Virus record (IMG/VR): IMGVR_UViG_3300035208_001992
DNA: 64,000 bases
Origin: a virus
Taxonomy: Duplodnaviria; Heunggongvirae; Uroviricota; Caudoviricetes
Direction: 5' to 3' (one strand)
A program made the position numbers and the translations under genes. The notes under the pieces were generated by a model. The model ran no database searches and was not told the origin of the DNA. It worked only from the letters and a program-made list of their open reading frames with translations. Shown here piece after piece: positions 45,301 to 54,358 of this stretch; position 1 is the first letter of the stretch, and each line of letters starts with the position of its first letter.

Positions 45301-48213
45301 TCCAACAACAGAACGGTTGTTGATGACAAGCTCGTACTTGTCTGCAACATATGCGCCTTCATTGATCGTTGCAATGATGCGTGAATGACTGTCTGGTGTG
45401 ATCGTAACGAGCTTGACGCCGTTTGGCTGTGAGCTCACAGCAATGACCGGGTCAGCAGGATCAGGTACTAGTTCGACGTTGCCGTTCTCAATGAAGTCAT
45501 TTGCATGTGCAATACCGCAATTGACGAACGTTGAGTATGGCGCAACTGTCAGCACGCCATCTAGCGCAATGAGCGCAACGGTTGATCCGGCGCCGCCGCG
45601 CAAGTCTGTTTGCCAGAAATGACTTGACAAGCCAGTTGAACCAGCGCCATTAGCACCATCAATGTTATTGCGCATAACATTCCTATCTGGTATGGCTACG
45701 TTACCGCCAGGCAACCAACCTGTGTCTGCAATAAGCGTTGCTCCAGCAGCATCCCAAATACCGAATCTGAACATCCCAAGGATCTCGTTCCAAGCTGCTC
45801 TCAATTTCAAGCCACTTCCAGAAACAGACAAGCTTCCGTCAAATCCAGTGATCAGCGTTGCTGTTGTACCGCGGATGAAGAAGTTGATCTGGCCGCCGTT
45901 GCGAACAAATTCGATCAGACGAACGTTTGATGAGAACTCAGGAGATGCTGTGTGTGCACCGAACCTGAATGAACCTGTGGTTGTGATGTCAAGTTCAAGA
46001 CACTGGTATTTCTCTTCACGGCCTATTGAGCACAACGGCGAAAACATATCACGCGTGTACATCTTTGATGACACGATACCAGTGACGTTAGTATCTATTG
46101 TGAGAGTGCCGCCAGACATAGTACGACGGCCACTGAATTGCCAAGCACCGTTTTCTACCCATGGTTCGATGCGCTTGATTGCACCACCAAATGAGATCAC
46201 GTATGACGAGACGTCGATCGCGCTGTCACCAATAGATGCATGCGTTGCGATTGCTGCTATTGTAGTGTCTGTCTCAATCATCACAGGTACCGTATACGCT
46301 GGTGAAGACAATGACGGCATTGATCCATTTGTAGTGAAACGGGTCGTCGCGCCAGAGCCAGGTCCTGTGATTTCGATTATTGCTTGGTTTTTGTTTATGC
46401 CGCGCGGCGGTGCTATAGATGGAGGCGCGCAGAATGTAGCAGTGAGACGCTCTTCAAGCTCGCCAACAGTTAGTCCATCTAGCACAGAAATCGGTCCGAT
46501 AGACCAATTGCCTTGTCCGCCATTGTTTGTCGAACCAATTTGATTCAATAGGTACGGGTCATATGACACGGCCCAACCAGTCGTGTAGCGCAAGCCACTC
46601 GGCGTTGTCACCTGCATCGCGATTTCTGATTCGCTTGACGATATTGGCTTCATCAAATACACAATCGTGTACTTACCGACTTCATTGATTTCGGTTCCGG
46701 TGAAGTCACCGTCAACAGTCGAGCCTTGACCAGACGCAAGCTCTACATGCTCATTATACCAAGTATGTGAAACCCAGCCAAGCTTGATTCCAGTGGCAGT
46801 GCGCTCGATTGCAGGCGAATACGCAGTGCTGCTATAGCGCAACACAGTGAAGATCATGTTGGTGCCAGCAGCATAAGTATCGAGCAAGAATTTCAAGGCT
46901 GTGTTGCCACGGTATGCTTGATCAACGTTAGTCACGTACTTGTTTATGAAGCTGCTAGTAGCTGGGAATTCGCAACGACCATAATTGAAATGCTCGCCAG
47001 AGCCGATCATGCTGTACGGAACGCTCGAGAAACCTAGCTCATAGTTCCAGGCCTCTACGTACTTGCGCGCACGAGCTGGCAGTACATAGTTCAAAGACAC
47101 TATGTTGCTATCGATGTACAGCGCTTTCACTGCGAACGCACGCACTTGAGCTGTAGCAGCAATGTTGAACGGCGCTGTGTACTCAGCCGAGCTTATCGTC
47201 GGATCTGAGCCATCTATTGTGTAGTAAATCGTTGCGCTTGCAGACGCGCAAGCAAGCGTGACGTTTGTTGTGTGCGTCTCGCTCTCGACGCTGAATTCAG
47301 CAGTCGGTGTTGCGCATGTTGGATTCGCAACGACAACGTAAGGTGTCGTGACTATCTTACTGTCAACAAAGTCGACCAGGACTGCATATGCCTTGATCGT
47401 TGTATTCGCAGTCAAATGAATTGGTGCCGAATACGAAGCTGACGTTGGTGTCGGATCAGATCCATCAAGCGTGTAGTAGATCACTGCACTTGGAGTAGCA
47501 CATGTGATTTCAACGTCGACGCTGAAGTCAAACGAGCCTGCTGCTGGAGCAAATACTGGATTTGCACATGTAGGAACTGGGCCATTGGCTCTCAAGTCAT
47601 CGGCTTCAAGACTAGTGAGCTGATCTTGCACTGCCATCGTTCCAACGAGCCACTCGCCAGAACCTGAAGTGTTAGAACCAATCTGGTTGTGCTTCGTGCT
47701 GTCTCCAACAGGATTCCAGCCAGACACAAAAGTAGCTCCGCTTGGAGCTCTTACATGCATCGCAATTTCAGAATTGTTGCTATCAACTATGCGCCTGAGA
47801 TACATCACTTGATACGTACCGACTTCGGCAACTTCTTGTCCGTTGAAGTCGATGTCTACGCCAGCGCCATTTCCGCTACTGGAACCTAGTCCAGCAGTGT
47901 AGCTAGACCAGCCAAGCAACACGCCAGAAGCTGAACGTTGGATTGCTGGAAATGACGAGCTGCCACCGTAAACCAAGATGATGAACATCAAGTCTACAGC
48001 TGCACTGGACATGTCAAGATCGAATGTCAACGCATAATTGCCGTCATAGTTCTGACCTTGAAAATCGTAGTAGCCTTGGAAATCTTTGTTGACGAACTCT
48101 CCAACAGGCAAATGCAACGAACCAGCAGCAGTGTACGGACTGCCATTGTTGATCGCATACGGGAGCGAGTTGCCTGTTAGCGTGTAATCCCAGGTCTCAT
48201 TGTAAGTTCTCAT
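42313..48213 (-). CDS. giant tail fibre/adhesin-like protein, 1966 aa (at least 4 Fn3-associated repeats, C-terminal PKD-like domain)
   Basis: IYYTLDGSDPT, IYYTIDGSDPT, RFTTNGSMPS, IRYTLDGSEPT; SYLWTFND...FTKPGRY; duplicated N-terminal module (RTYNETWDY/RKYVEAWNY). Confidence 0.75.
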   Translation of the reverse strand: MRTYNETWDYTLTGNSLPYAINNGSPYTAAGSLHLPVGEFVNKDFQGYYDFQGQNYDGNYALTFDLDMSSAAVDLMFIILVYGGSSSFPAIQRSASGVLLGWSSYTAGLGSSSGNGAGVDIDFNGQEVAEVGTYQVMYLRRIVDSNNSEIAMHVRAPSGATFVSGWNPVGDSTKHNQIGSNTSGSGEWLVGTMAVQDQLTSLEADDLRANGPVPTCANPVFAPAAGSFDFSVDVEITCATPSAVIYYTLDGSDPTPTSASYSAPIHLTANTTIKAYAVLVDFVDSKIVTTPYVVVANPTCATPTAEFSVESETHTTNVTLACASASATIYYTIDGSDPTISSAEYTAPFNIAATAQVRAFAVKALYIDSNIVSLNYVLPARARKYVEAWNYELGFSSVPYSMIGSGEHFNYGRCEFPATSSFINKYVTNVDQAYRGNTALKFLLDTYAAGTNMIFTVLRYSSTAYSPAIERTATGIKLGWVSHTWYNEHVELASGQGSTVDGDFTGTEINEVGKYTIVYLMKPISSSESEIAMQVTTPSGLRYTTGWAVSYDPYLLNQIGSTNNGGQGNWSIGPISVLDGLTVGELEERLTATFCAPPSIAPPRGINKNQAIIEITGPGSGATTRFTTNGSMPSLSSPAYTVPVMIETDTTIAAIATHASIGDSAIDVSSYVISFGGAIKRIEPWVENGAWQFSGRRTMSGGTLTIDTNVTGIVSSKMYTRDMFSPLCSIGREEKYQCLELDITTTGSFRFGAHTASPEFSSNVRLIEFVRNGGQINFFIRGTTATLITGFDGSLSVSGSGLKLRAAWNEILGMFRFGIWDAAGATLIADTGWLPGGNVAIPDRNVMRNNIDGANGAGSTGLSSHFWQTDLRGGAGSTVALIALDGVLTVAPYSTFVNCGIAHANDFIENGNVELVPDPADPVIAVSSQPNGVKLVTITPDSHSRIIATINEGAYVADKYELVINNRSVVGTLGTPVSMVVADPSVLRAVSYNREISQMITQYVGPTTVVPIPEIAPRSGSIDTGTAMQVKISCTDANAQIRYTLDGSEPTESSDLYTGPLFLRASTQVAAKAFIGATSSVTKYARFWEVLHASDGSAWSILTGYNVLCSPIDNVCSQRFWNVTNNATFDAPNNSVTVNDAAGDGVTLRSDVLPAFCGVAVFNEYGEYEGVFVGFTIAGDFRLKMPGVSRHLARVGNYFGIVPDVATAPTYDANSATYMRVTVKFARGLLVNIIVRGYDAIDSLVVEQLLTAEPTVIGVDELTTLSFTGEGIAAYTVQQIQAMVVTGGEPAQSYPWVMPGTIEISGPSNMNFAGATVTVTPGIVGQAITSLYATSPGEAFNVVPYNSTTDASFDPLPVDIVGRVMIVSSVASSSSLFRIASKIGHGSKICTEYGSWNIKRSLSDVYFDWTSLLRAYTYLDVKLRVNGMTGDVYGDPTEATMRAPVLTNELLHRFREHQFDFPYDTFDNGNAWFRFRRQTATEAGRTDNSIFCGWDTDRAAINDVVLVTDVTESCVSSRLCEYIKNNTTPISYVQLFNTSTWTPVALSIPIYISAFGRPVWHCGRKIAAGRMLLRTMLMPETELNAPIFDTGWVDCGPTPAQLPRPRIIMRQRRVQENNGHNEVTSAGFVRGYAGLTASELDNCFDYGTPTPPAAPVLTDNNDVPVENYAVGSYPESNGMVPLKWSPAQNPNAAALYYKAGDQVLYKRSSNLTPMSSSLDEGVLTVDNAATIIALPSISFLNAINVNEPVAMIDGSFAYDGRSPVRMIEFSHQTTDYATINASIPRHVYVQFDKAQLPAIPMFGSAPTFWKMIFSDGYEYTVKATVSDDIERVLDPGTYTVKFARYGSDGESRSLGETIPHSFTVSDRLSLAVAAPSSVTPGVQATFTAVATGGNNVSYLWTFNDDFTATTSVVNRTFTKPGRYAWTVRSIDETGDAAQTSGQFIVVFPGSTPLSGQTTRAQETRVS

Positions 48214-48623
48214 TGCTTCTGTCTCCTGGTAGCGCGGCGTAATAGCACGATTAGACTCTCAATGGCTTCGTGATTCTTACGGATCTTCGGATGAAGTCTA
48301 AGTCCTGGCAATTCATCACACCAACGCCAGCTCATCGACTCGAATGAAAGCTTTGGATCAAATTCGTTGTTGTAGATCTTTATGAAGATCCAGACACGCC
48401 TTGACACACGCATACTGCCATCGAACTCACGTGCGTCAATCCCGATTTCTTCGCGAAGCTCACGACGGATCGCATCGAGTGGCGATTCATGCATCTCGAT
48501 GCCGCCTCCAAAGAAGCCCCAAGTCTGCGGGTTGCCAACTTGGTTACTGCGTAGCTCCATCAAGAACCGACCAGTTTGCTTCGCGTAGATCAAGCAGAAA
48601 GCAGCGCCAACAGGGCCACTCAT
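48210..48623 (-). CDS. NUDIX hydrolase
   Basis: Nudix box GGIEMHESPLDAIRRELREEIG (GX5EX7REUXEEXG). Confidence 0.9.
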   Translation of the reverse strand: MSGPVGAAFCLIYAKQTGRFLMELRSNQVGNPQTWGFFGGGIEMHESPLDAIRRELREEIGIDAREFDGSMRVSRRVWIFIKIYNNEFDPKLSFESMSWRWCDELPGLRLHPKIRKNHEAIESLIVLLRRATRRQKQ

Positions 48624-49300
48624 ATAATAGCCTCACACGTGAATTCAGCTTGGAAGTAGTCATTGAAGCGCACGTCAGCAACAACGCTATGGATGTTGAA
48701 CACCTGTCCATCAACAACAATGTAGAATTTGATGCTGTAGTTAGTGCGCAGCCCAACAACATTCGCAGTCTTGCGCTGGCCAACAATGTAGAAGTCAAAC
48801 GGTTTCGTCAATAGTCTGTTTGCTGTGCGTTCGATTAACAGCGCTGCTACAAGCGTAGCAGGCAACGCGATCTCAGTGCCTAAGTAACTGAATTGTAGCA
48901 CGTCAGACGTTGTCAACCACAGCTTATAGCAGTAGCTCTCATTTGACGCGTTCATCACTTTGACTGTACCAATGCTGTCGGCATTGTTGAAGTCGGCAGC
49001 AACGCGCGCTGAAAACATCAAGTACGGATTCAAGCCACGCCGAACACTGAAGATGCGAATCGGACTTGTGACTTGTCTAAGAGACGTGTTGAAATTGAAA
49101 TACGCGTCATTAGAAAACTTCAAAGCCGAGCATTCTAGCTCGGCATAGCCATCGTCATCACTTGCATTGTCTCGAATTAGTCTGCCAAGATACGTGCCAA
49201 CAGCCGTCTCGCCTGGCGCAGTAGTGTATCCATTCCAAAACGCCTTTAGACCGGCGCCTTCAGCTGCAATTTCAGTCTCGCCAGGTCTTTGCACTACCAT
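48620..49300 (-). CDS. putative structural protein, 226 aa
   Basis: ORF track; GGAG SD; within the structural operon. Confidence 0.6.
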   Translation of the reverse strand: MVVQRPGETEIAAEGAGLKAFWNGYTTAPGETAVGTYLGRLIRDNASDDDGYAELECSALKFSNDAYFNFNTSLRQVTSPIRIFSVRRGLNPYLMFSARVAADFNNADSIGTVKVMNASNESYCYKLWLTTSDVLQFSYLGTEIALPATLVAALLIERTANRLLTKPFDFYIVGQRKTANVVGLRTNYSIKFYIVVDGQVFNIHSVVADVRFNDYFQAEFTCEAII

Positions 49301-49302
49301 TG

Positions 49303-49839
49303 TTACTCCTCGAAATCGTCTGCGATGAATGCGTCAGCATCAGTCGCTTCGAGATAGGCGTTGTCAGGATAGATGATGTTTGTCAGCGCGTTTGGTGACA
49401 TATACAAGCCAAATGAAAGCAGCGGGCTGAAGCACGCAATTTGCAACCAAGCCCACTGATGCCCAACAGATATTGCGTAAGTGTTCTCAAGTCCACCATT
49501 GCCAAGCTTCTGAGGCTCAAGGTCGATCCAATCATATCCTTGATAGCGCTGGTACTGCGTAGTTGACTTGAAGATCGACGTATCTTGCTGGTACCGCCAG
49601 CCATAGACACGAAACGCGCCAGTCGGCATCATCTCGCGTGCTTGCGCGTAGATCAACAGAAACGGTGCAGTGTGGTTAGCGTCGTAGTTCAATGGCAAGC
49701 GCACAGATCGATAAAGCGGTTCTGCGTATCGCGTGTCGCGCACACCACTCATTGTCTGACGAGGCAATGGCCAGTCGAATCGCGCTGACAAATCTCGAAA
49801 GCGTGGGCGTTCGAGATCTTCAATTATGATCGTCTTCAC
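49303..49839 (-). CDS. putative structural protein, 178 aa
   Basis: ORF track; GTGA overlap. Confidence 0.6.
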   Translation of the reverse strand: MKTIIIEDLERPRFRDLSARFDWPLPRQTMSGVRDTRYAEPLYRSVRLPLNYDANHTAPFLLIYAQAREMMPTGAFRVYGWRYQQDTSIFKSTTQYQRYQGYDWIDLEPQKLGNGGLENTYAISVGHQWAWLQIACFSPLLSFGLYMSPNALTNIIYPDNAYLEATDADAFIADDFEE

Positions 49840-52358
49840 TGGAAATTCCTCAAGGCCAAGCCTCCAATGAGTCCAGCTTGCTGATCAACCGGACCTCTGT
49901 TAAGAGTTGAAGGCTTCAGCATGCGCGCATCAGTGATTGCTGATACAGTGCCATTGTGTTCAACGTTGGCGATCTTGCAACGAGCGCTTCCTCGATTACG
50001 TGCGCCGGCCATTATGGCCAAGCGCGTATTTCCGACGTTCTTCGAATCAAGCACAACCCATCGCGTCAACTTACGCCAAGCGCGAGATGTGAACGCGAAA
50101 GAACTGCGTTCTTTCTCAGGGTTAGCCGGCTCATAGCAGCTCAAGTCATTCAATTCGATTGACTCTGTTGCTTGAGCTCCAGTTGCATCTATTCCAGCAA
50201 TCTGCAGTTTGACGTAAAATGCTTTGTCTTCATCATAGCCAGGATCTGTCGACATGTTGTCGATGATTGCTGTTGAAATCTTGCAATAATGATCAGGCCC
50301 GTCCATCACATCGCGCTCTTCAATCAAGAAGTACTGCTTTGCGTCCGAATCGTTCCTGATGCTCTTCGTCATGTACATGCGAAGCTTAGTGCCGTTTGGC
50401 AATGTGCCTTGTGGCTGATTGATCTTGAAGTACATGTTCACAGCATCATATTCGCTCTCAGCATATGTTGCGCTGCCACCTGCGAAGTTAGTGACATCGA
50501 ATTTGTTGCTAGCGACAGACGTTGCACTCAACGAATACGTATTGCCTTCAACACCAAGCTTGTTCACAGTTATCGAAACGCGTTCTGCAACGCTAGATGC
50601 AATAGCACGACGTTGAAATAACGGATTGTTGTTCAGCGCAACAGCGAGACTAAACGCAGTGTTCTCTGTTGTCTGTCCAACGTTGAAATCAACGCCAGCA
50701 GCAAGTGACACGTAATTCGTTGCACTGCCAAATGATACTGTAATCTCATCGCTTGCATCAAGCGCGTTCGAAAGTAGATCGATTGAAGCAGTTGCAGCCA
50801 TGCCAGACGGCACTGCTCCAGTACCAATGACTTCGATATAGCCTTTGCTGTTTCGGCCTGATTCAAACGGATCAACGACGTAGGTGAAAACATCTCCATC
50901 GCGTACTGCACGAGCATCGATGAACACGAAATTGTCGTGGCGTCTCCAATAGTGACTACCTAAAATCTGGCCGTTACGTCGAACAATGCCATCCCATTCA
51001 GACTGCACTAACGCGTAGTACGCGCCAGCCCAATGAGCTTGTAGCATCAAAATGGCTTCATCACCTGTTGATGCAAGCGTGTAGATAAGCCGACGAGTGC
51101 CAATGAAGTTCTTGTCTAGAATCATGATCGAGCCACTCGGATTCCTGATCTGCTTCTTCATCGGGCTGTTCACGACACCGAGCGCTATTTGCGAGTAGAC
51201 GTCTAGTGACGTTGCGTCAACTGTCATCGCACTTGTATCAGCAAGTGATGCGACTTCAATCAATTGAGGCGCGGTCTTAAGCACGCCAGTTGAATCAACT
51301 TCGACTGCAATGTCGAGACTGAGACCAGCAAACTTGCCAAGATCACATGACTGTGCTTCAGGTTCGACAACTCGTCCACCTGCAATGACAGGTCCTTCAG
51401 TCACAGCACGAAAATCGATCACAGCAGAGAACATGCGTTTCGGCACAATCTCAAGATCGTTTGAATGCGTTAGCGTGACTGTCACAGGACCTGGATGAGA
51501 GAATCCAAAGTCCATGAGCGTTGTTCCGTCAACCCAGTCAGCTGCAACTTCGTAGCCAGTGTCTGTTGCTTGCACTAGTGGCTTTGCAGTTGGGATTGCC
51601 GGCAATATCGCGTAATAGCGTCCTGGTGCCACAAATCGACCAATCGGATCGATCGAGATCTCGTAGTCAAGCTGATACGCTGTTCGACGACCAGGAATGC
51701 CGTAGTCGCTCTCAGATGGCACAACATAGCCAGTCGGAAACAGCTGTGCAAGAAGTGTCACGCCATTCACGCTTAGGTCATCTATGCTGATGCCATGCGC
51801 ATTGGCAGCATTCGTGTATTTGCCCTTTGCTGCTCTGTGCTCGACATCGGCAATCGCAGCGTTCGGCCTGTTTTGACTATAGTACAATGCAGTCTGATCG
51901 ATGTCTCGCTGCGTATCACTCTTAGTCAGCACGGCCAACAAGATGCTGTGCTCAACGTTACGTGCGTCGTATTCAACAGATGTCATCAGTTCGACGTACG
52001 ATGTTGGGTAGCGTTCGAGCTCAACTGTTCTGTTGAACTTGTTAGTAGTCGTAGCTGAAATCGACTCGATTGTGAGCACCAAAAACAGCTTGTCATTGTC
52101 TGGCCATTGTAGATCAGTGATGTCACCTGACAGAGTTGCAGCCGATCCATCTGGAAACAATGCAGTTCCAGTGGTAATGTGCAAGCGTTCTTGAGTTGCA
52201 TCCCAAGTGACTGCCAATTGCGATGGCTCAAGCGTTTCAGATACCTGCGAGATGATCCCGCTGATGATCATATTTCCGCTCAACCCAAGCAACTTTGAGA
52301 TTGCCGTTTGCAGGCCCTGTAGGTCACTACTAAGCAGCGCCTCTGAGAATTGCATCAC
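49836..52358 (-). CDS. putative baseplate/tail structural protein, 840 aa; paralog of 28936..31143
   Basis: HR...NAHGISIDDLSV block; the AGVDFNVG...TAFSLAVALN module is shared with 54359..58318. Confidence 0.6.
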   Translation of the reverse strand: MMQFSEALLSSDLQGLQTAISKLLGLSGNMIISGIISQVSETLEPSQLAVTWDATQERLHITTGTALFPDGSAATLSGDITDLQWPDNDKLFLVLTIESISATTTNKFNRTVELERYPTSYVELMTSVEYDARNVEHSILLAVLTKSDTQRDIDQTALYYSQNRPNAAIADVEHRAAKGKYTNAANAHGISIDDLSVNGVTLLAQLFPTGYVVPSESDYGIPGRRTAYQLDYEISIDPIGRFVAPGRYYAILPAIPTAKPLVQATDTGYEVAADWVDGTTLMDFGFSHPGPVTVTLTHSNDLEIVPKRMFSAVIDFRAVTEGPVIAGGRVVEPEAQSCDLGKFAGLSLDIAVEVDSTGVLKTAPQLIEVASLADTSAMTVDATSLDVYSQIALGVVNSPMKKQIRNPSGSIMILDKNFIGTRRLIYTLASTGDEAILMLQAHWAGAYYALVQSEWDGIVRRNGQILGSHYWRRHDNFVFIDARAVRDGDVFTYVVDPFESGRNSKGYIEVIGTGAVPSGMAATASIDLLSNALDASDEITVSFGSATNYVSLAAGVDFNVGQTTENTAFSLAVALNNNPLFQRRAIASSVAERVSITVNKLGVEGNTYSLSATSVASNKFDVTNFAGGSATYAESEYDAVNMYFKINQPQGTLPNGTKLRMYMTKSIRNDSDAKQYFLIEERDVMDGPDHYCKISTAIIDNMSTDPGYDEDKAFYVKLQIAGIDATGAQATESIELNDLSCYEPANPEKERSSFAFTSRAWRKLTRWVVLDSKNVGNTRLAIMAGARNRGSARCKIANVEHNGTVSAITDARMLKPSTLNRGPVDQQAGLIGGLALRNFQ

Positions 52359-53674
52359 AGGATTATCCCTCCGCTTGACAGCACTAGTGCCGAGCGATCG
52401 CTGTTGTGCGCAATTGAATCCTCAAGCTGCTTGAACACCGGCTTGAGCATCAAGTGCCCACCGCTCCAGCTTTCAGCAGCATGCGTGTTTGCAACATAGG
52501 AGTAGTTCATTGACCTGTAGCCACGACGAATCGGGTTAGTCGATATGTTCAATCGAGCGCTTGCTCCACCAGCAAATCGAAATTCGATGCGCTGTGCTGC
52601 GCCAGACCACTTCACGTTCGTTGGTGTGCCAAAATCGAGTGTGATGACGTCGTCGATCACGAGTTGTTCAAGCTCAGCTTGTCCAGAGATCAATAGATCA
52701 ATTTCGACTGGTACAGGCATAGGCAGTTCAACGCCAAATGCAGCTTGCCCAAGCTCGTCGAGCTCGAGTTCAATCACATCAAGCGACCGCGGCGTCATAT
52801 GTCCGTGCTCGAAACGCCAGAGACAAAGATCGCCAGCACGTATAGGCAAAGTCACACCGACTTCGTTCCTGCTTGCCGTAGCTGTATCAATATCATAGCT
52901 GTGGAATTCAGCAGTGACAAGCAGCTCATCTGATCCGACACCAAATGTCTTTCCACCTGCAACGTCAAACACATATGGGCCTGACATGCTTGGCAGTGGC
53001 ACGCGCGCAGATCGATACGCAACAAGCGTTTTCAAGTAAGCGAATGAATTGACTGCCACGTTCTCGACTATCTCATTCACAGTCACGCGCCAACGCGAAC
53101 GTTGCTGCGTAATCACTGCGTCACGTGAAGCGGCCGTTACTTTGGTCTCAGGCGTAGTGATGATTGTTGCCATTGGTCGTGACACAAAGAACAACCGATC
53201 ACCTGGAACGATGAACGTATCGACGTCAACGATCAGCTCAGTCTCACCTGGCTTTGCTGCGCGTACAACAGTTGCTGGAAAAGCAATGTAGTTGAGACGA
53301 GTGTCAACAGCATAGTTGCCAAGCAACGGTGCGTCGAGGTACAACACATATGTCGTTGATCCATCGGTCTCGAAAATCGCTTGGTAGCGCGTGACAACAG
53401 TCTGCTCAATTCGAGCGATGTCAAACAACGCGCCGTCAACCATGCCAGGAGGCAGGCTTCCAACGAACAGCTGACGTTCACCTGTAGAAGCGCGGCGTTT
53501 AAGACCGATCGACAAACGTGATGAGATAGTGCCAATACCAGCGTCCACGCGAGCCGCAAAACGAGCCTCGCCAGTCATCGCTGGATCTACGCTGATTGGC
53601 ATACCTCCATACGTCCAGACTGGAACAGTCCGCACTGGAAGCTGTTGCCGCAGCAGCTCGCGTGCCGCGATCAC
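52355..53674 (-). CDS. putative structural protein, 439 aa
   Basis: ORF track; GTGA overlaps at both ends. Confidence 0.6.
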   Translation of the reverse strand: MIAARELLRQQLPVRTVPVWTYGGMPISVDPAMTGEARFAARVDAGIGTISSRLSIGLKRRASTGERQLFVGSLPPGMVDGALFDIARIEQTVVTRYQAIFETDGSTTYVLYLDAPLLGNYAVDTRLNYIAFPATVVRAAKPGETELIVDVDTFIVPGDRLFFVSRPMATIITTPETKVTAASRDAVITQQRSRWRVTVNEIVENVAVNSFAYLKTLVAYRSARVPLPSMSGPYVFDVAGGKTFGVGSDELLVTAEFHSYDIDTATASRNEVGVTLPIRAGDLCLWRFEHGHMTPRSLDVIELELDELGQAAFGVELPMPVPVEIDLLISGQAELEQLVIDDVITLDFGTPTNVKWSGAAQRIEFRFAGGASARLNISTNPIRRGYRSMNYSYVANTHAAESWSGGHLMLKPVFKQLEDSIAHNSDRSALVLSSGGIIL

Positions 53675-54342
53675 TTCGGAATCTCGCGCACGCGCTTGAT
53701 TGCAGCCATCACGCGTGAATAGTTGGAGCCGTCCTTGTTCGCTGCCTCGATGATTGCGCGGATGGCTTGTGGCACTGTTGGCTTGTTAGCCGTACGACCA
53801 ATGACGCGCTCATTGAGCAACCATAGCTGACGCTTGCTCAAACGCAGTGCGTTGAACTCTTGCTCTGTGAGACCAAAGTCACGTAAGTCACGATTGATCA
53901 ACTCGTCGAATAGCTCTTCAGGCGAGAGCTCACTTGGCTGATTGAGCGCGCCATTCGATTGTGGAACGTCAGAGATGATCTCAGCAGAGACGACTTCGTC
54001 TTCATTGATCGTCACTTGGATGTCTTCCCAAGGATTGGCCTCTGTCGGCGTGCTCTTTGTGAAGACTTCTGTCGTGATCTGCGGCTGCTCTGGTTCTACT
54101 TGCGTGGGCGCAGCAACAACTGCGACCAGCGCGTTTGCGTCAATCGGTTGTGGCTTTGCGTAGGCCGGATCGAAGTATGGCAGTGGCGTAGGCTCAGCGT
54201 GGACCACACGCACAGTTCCACTACGGACGCTCTGACCGCCAAGCAGCTTAGCGCGCACGCCAGCATAGGCTCCTTGCGTCATGACAATTGTGCCATCAGG
54301 TCGTTGAACTACGAGTTCTACGTTGTGCGGGTGGTTGTCCAT
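53671..54342 (-). CDS. hypothetical protein, 223 aa
   Basis: GAGG SD before ATG 54342. Confidence 0.7.
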   Translation of the reverse strand: MDNHPHNVELVVQRPDGTIVMTQGAYAGVRAKLLGGQSVRSGTVRVVHAEPTPLPYFDPAYAKPQPIDANALVAVVAAPTQVEPEQPQITTEVFTKSTPTEANPWEDIQVTINEDEVVSAEIISDVPQSNGALNQPSELSPEELFDELINRDLRDFGLTEQEFNALRLSKRQLWLLNERVIGRTANKPTVPQAIRAIIEAANKDGSNYSRVMAAIKRVREIPK

Positions 54343-54358
54343 TATGTGCCTCAATTTG

